The position numbers were made by a program, and so were the translations under genes. 64,000 bases of DNA from Lama glama (taxonomy: Eukaryota), in the NCBI GenBank assembly GCA_028534125.1, contig CM052816.1, forward strand, positions 63,180,001 to 63,244,000, given 5' to 3'. The notes beneath the pieces were generated by a model that did no database searches, had not been told where the DNA came from, and saw only the letters and a list, made by a program, of their open reading frames with translations. Positions 63,290 through 64,000 of this stretch are shown here, in pieces. How positions within the stretch are numbered: the stretch's first letter is position 1; each line of letters opens with the position of its first letter.

Positions 63290-63520
63290 TAGGAAGTTAG
63301 AAACTTCCTCTATCCCTCAGGAACCACTTGGTCTTTCAACTCTGCCTCTTTCTTCTCTCTCCCTATCTGCCCCAGCCCTGCTTTCTCAGTTTCTTCATTC
63401 AGGTATTGAACAGAGACTAGAATCTTGCAGTCCAATTCCAAATTTCTGGGAAGAAGAATCTGATTGGTCCATTTTGTCCATCCCAGACCCAACTTTCTCT
63501 GATGGGAGAGGAAGGAGAAC
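63290..63520 (-). mobile_element. Late MaLR LTR fragment (MLT1K/L-like)
   Basis: Reverse complement GGACCAATCAGATTCTTCTTCCCAGAAATTTGGAATTGG. Confidence 0.5.
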
Positions 63521-64000
63521 TATTACCTGATTTACTGGCCACTCATCAGGATGTGAGAGAGTAGACTGTCTTTTAAGAAGGATATGTAGGAATTAAGATT
63601 AAATGATTGATGGAAGAAACTACTGGCCTCTCTAGTACAAACTCTTGGCAAAGAAAACCATTACCAGTTTGGTTCAAGTCAGCAAAATGAACCACATATC
63701 CAACTCAAATTTGAAGAGCTTTAATTAAACGAAAACATATAAATAAATCTGTTCATCATACGGACATACAACTAGCAGCCTTATTTCGATTGTCACTTTG
63801 AACAGATGTAGGGCAACAAGTATCTACACACGCACACGCACACGCACATGCACACACAATTACAAATAATGCTGGCTAATGACCAAAGCAGGAAAGAAAA
63901 TTACAAACAAGTAAATTGCTTTGATGTTTACATTTTCATTCTCAAAGTAGACTGAGTAATTGAGCTGTTCTTTGAATTGCTCAAGCCCTGCATTTCATAG

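Overview
This is a repeat-dense mammalian genomic window with no recognisable protein-coding exon. It reads as intronic or intergenic DNA. Five tRNA-Ala-derived SINEs with an AATAAACCTAATTACC-type tail match the camelid Vic-1 pattern, so the source is probably alpaca, llama or camel (inference). The window holds young and old L1s, L2, MIR, CR1/L3, MaLR and ERVL LTRs, Tigger and hAT DNA elements, microsatellites and a 500-N assembly gap. Family names come from remembered consensus sequences, subfamily labels are tentative, and old-repeat boundaries are approximate. The ORF track is essentially all spurious or L1-derived. The most notable items are: (1) a 225-nt structured retrocopy of an unidentified RNA, flanked by a target-site duplication (TSD), that may be an excised intron (13498-13722); (2) a tailless 5S rRNA retropseudogene; (3) an L1 carrying a 24-nt 3' transduction; (4) an L1 whose 5' UTR is fused directly to mid-ORF2; (5) a tandem duplication that builds a cluster of nuclear-receptor direct repeats; (6) two candidate minus-strand exons. 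I cannot demonstrate a new biological system from sequence alone.
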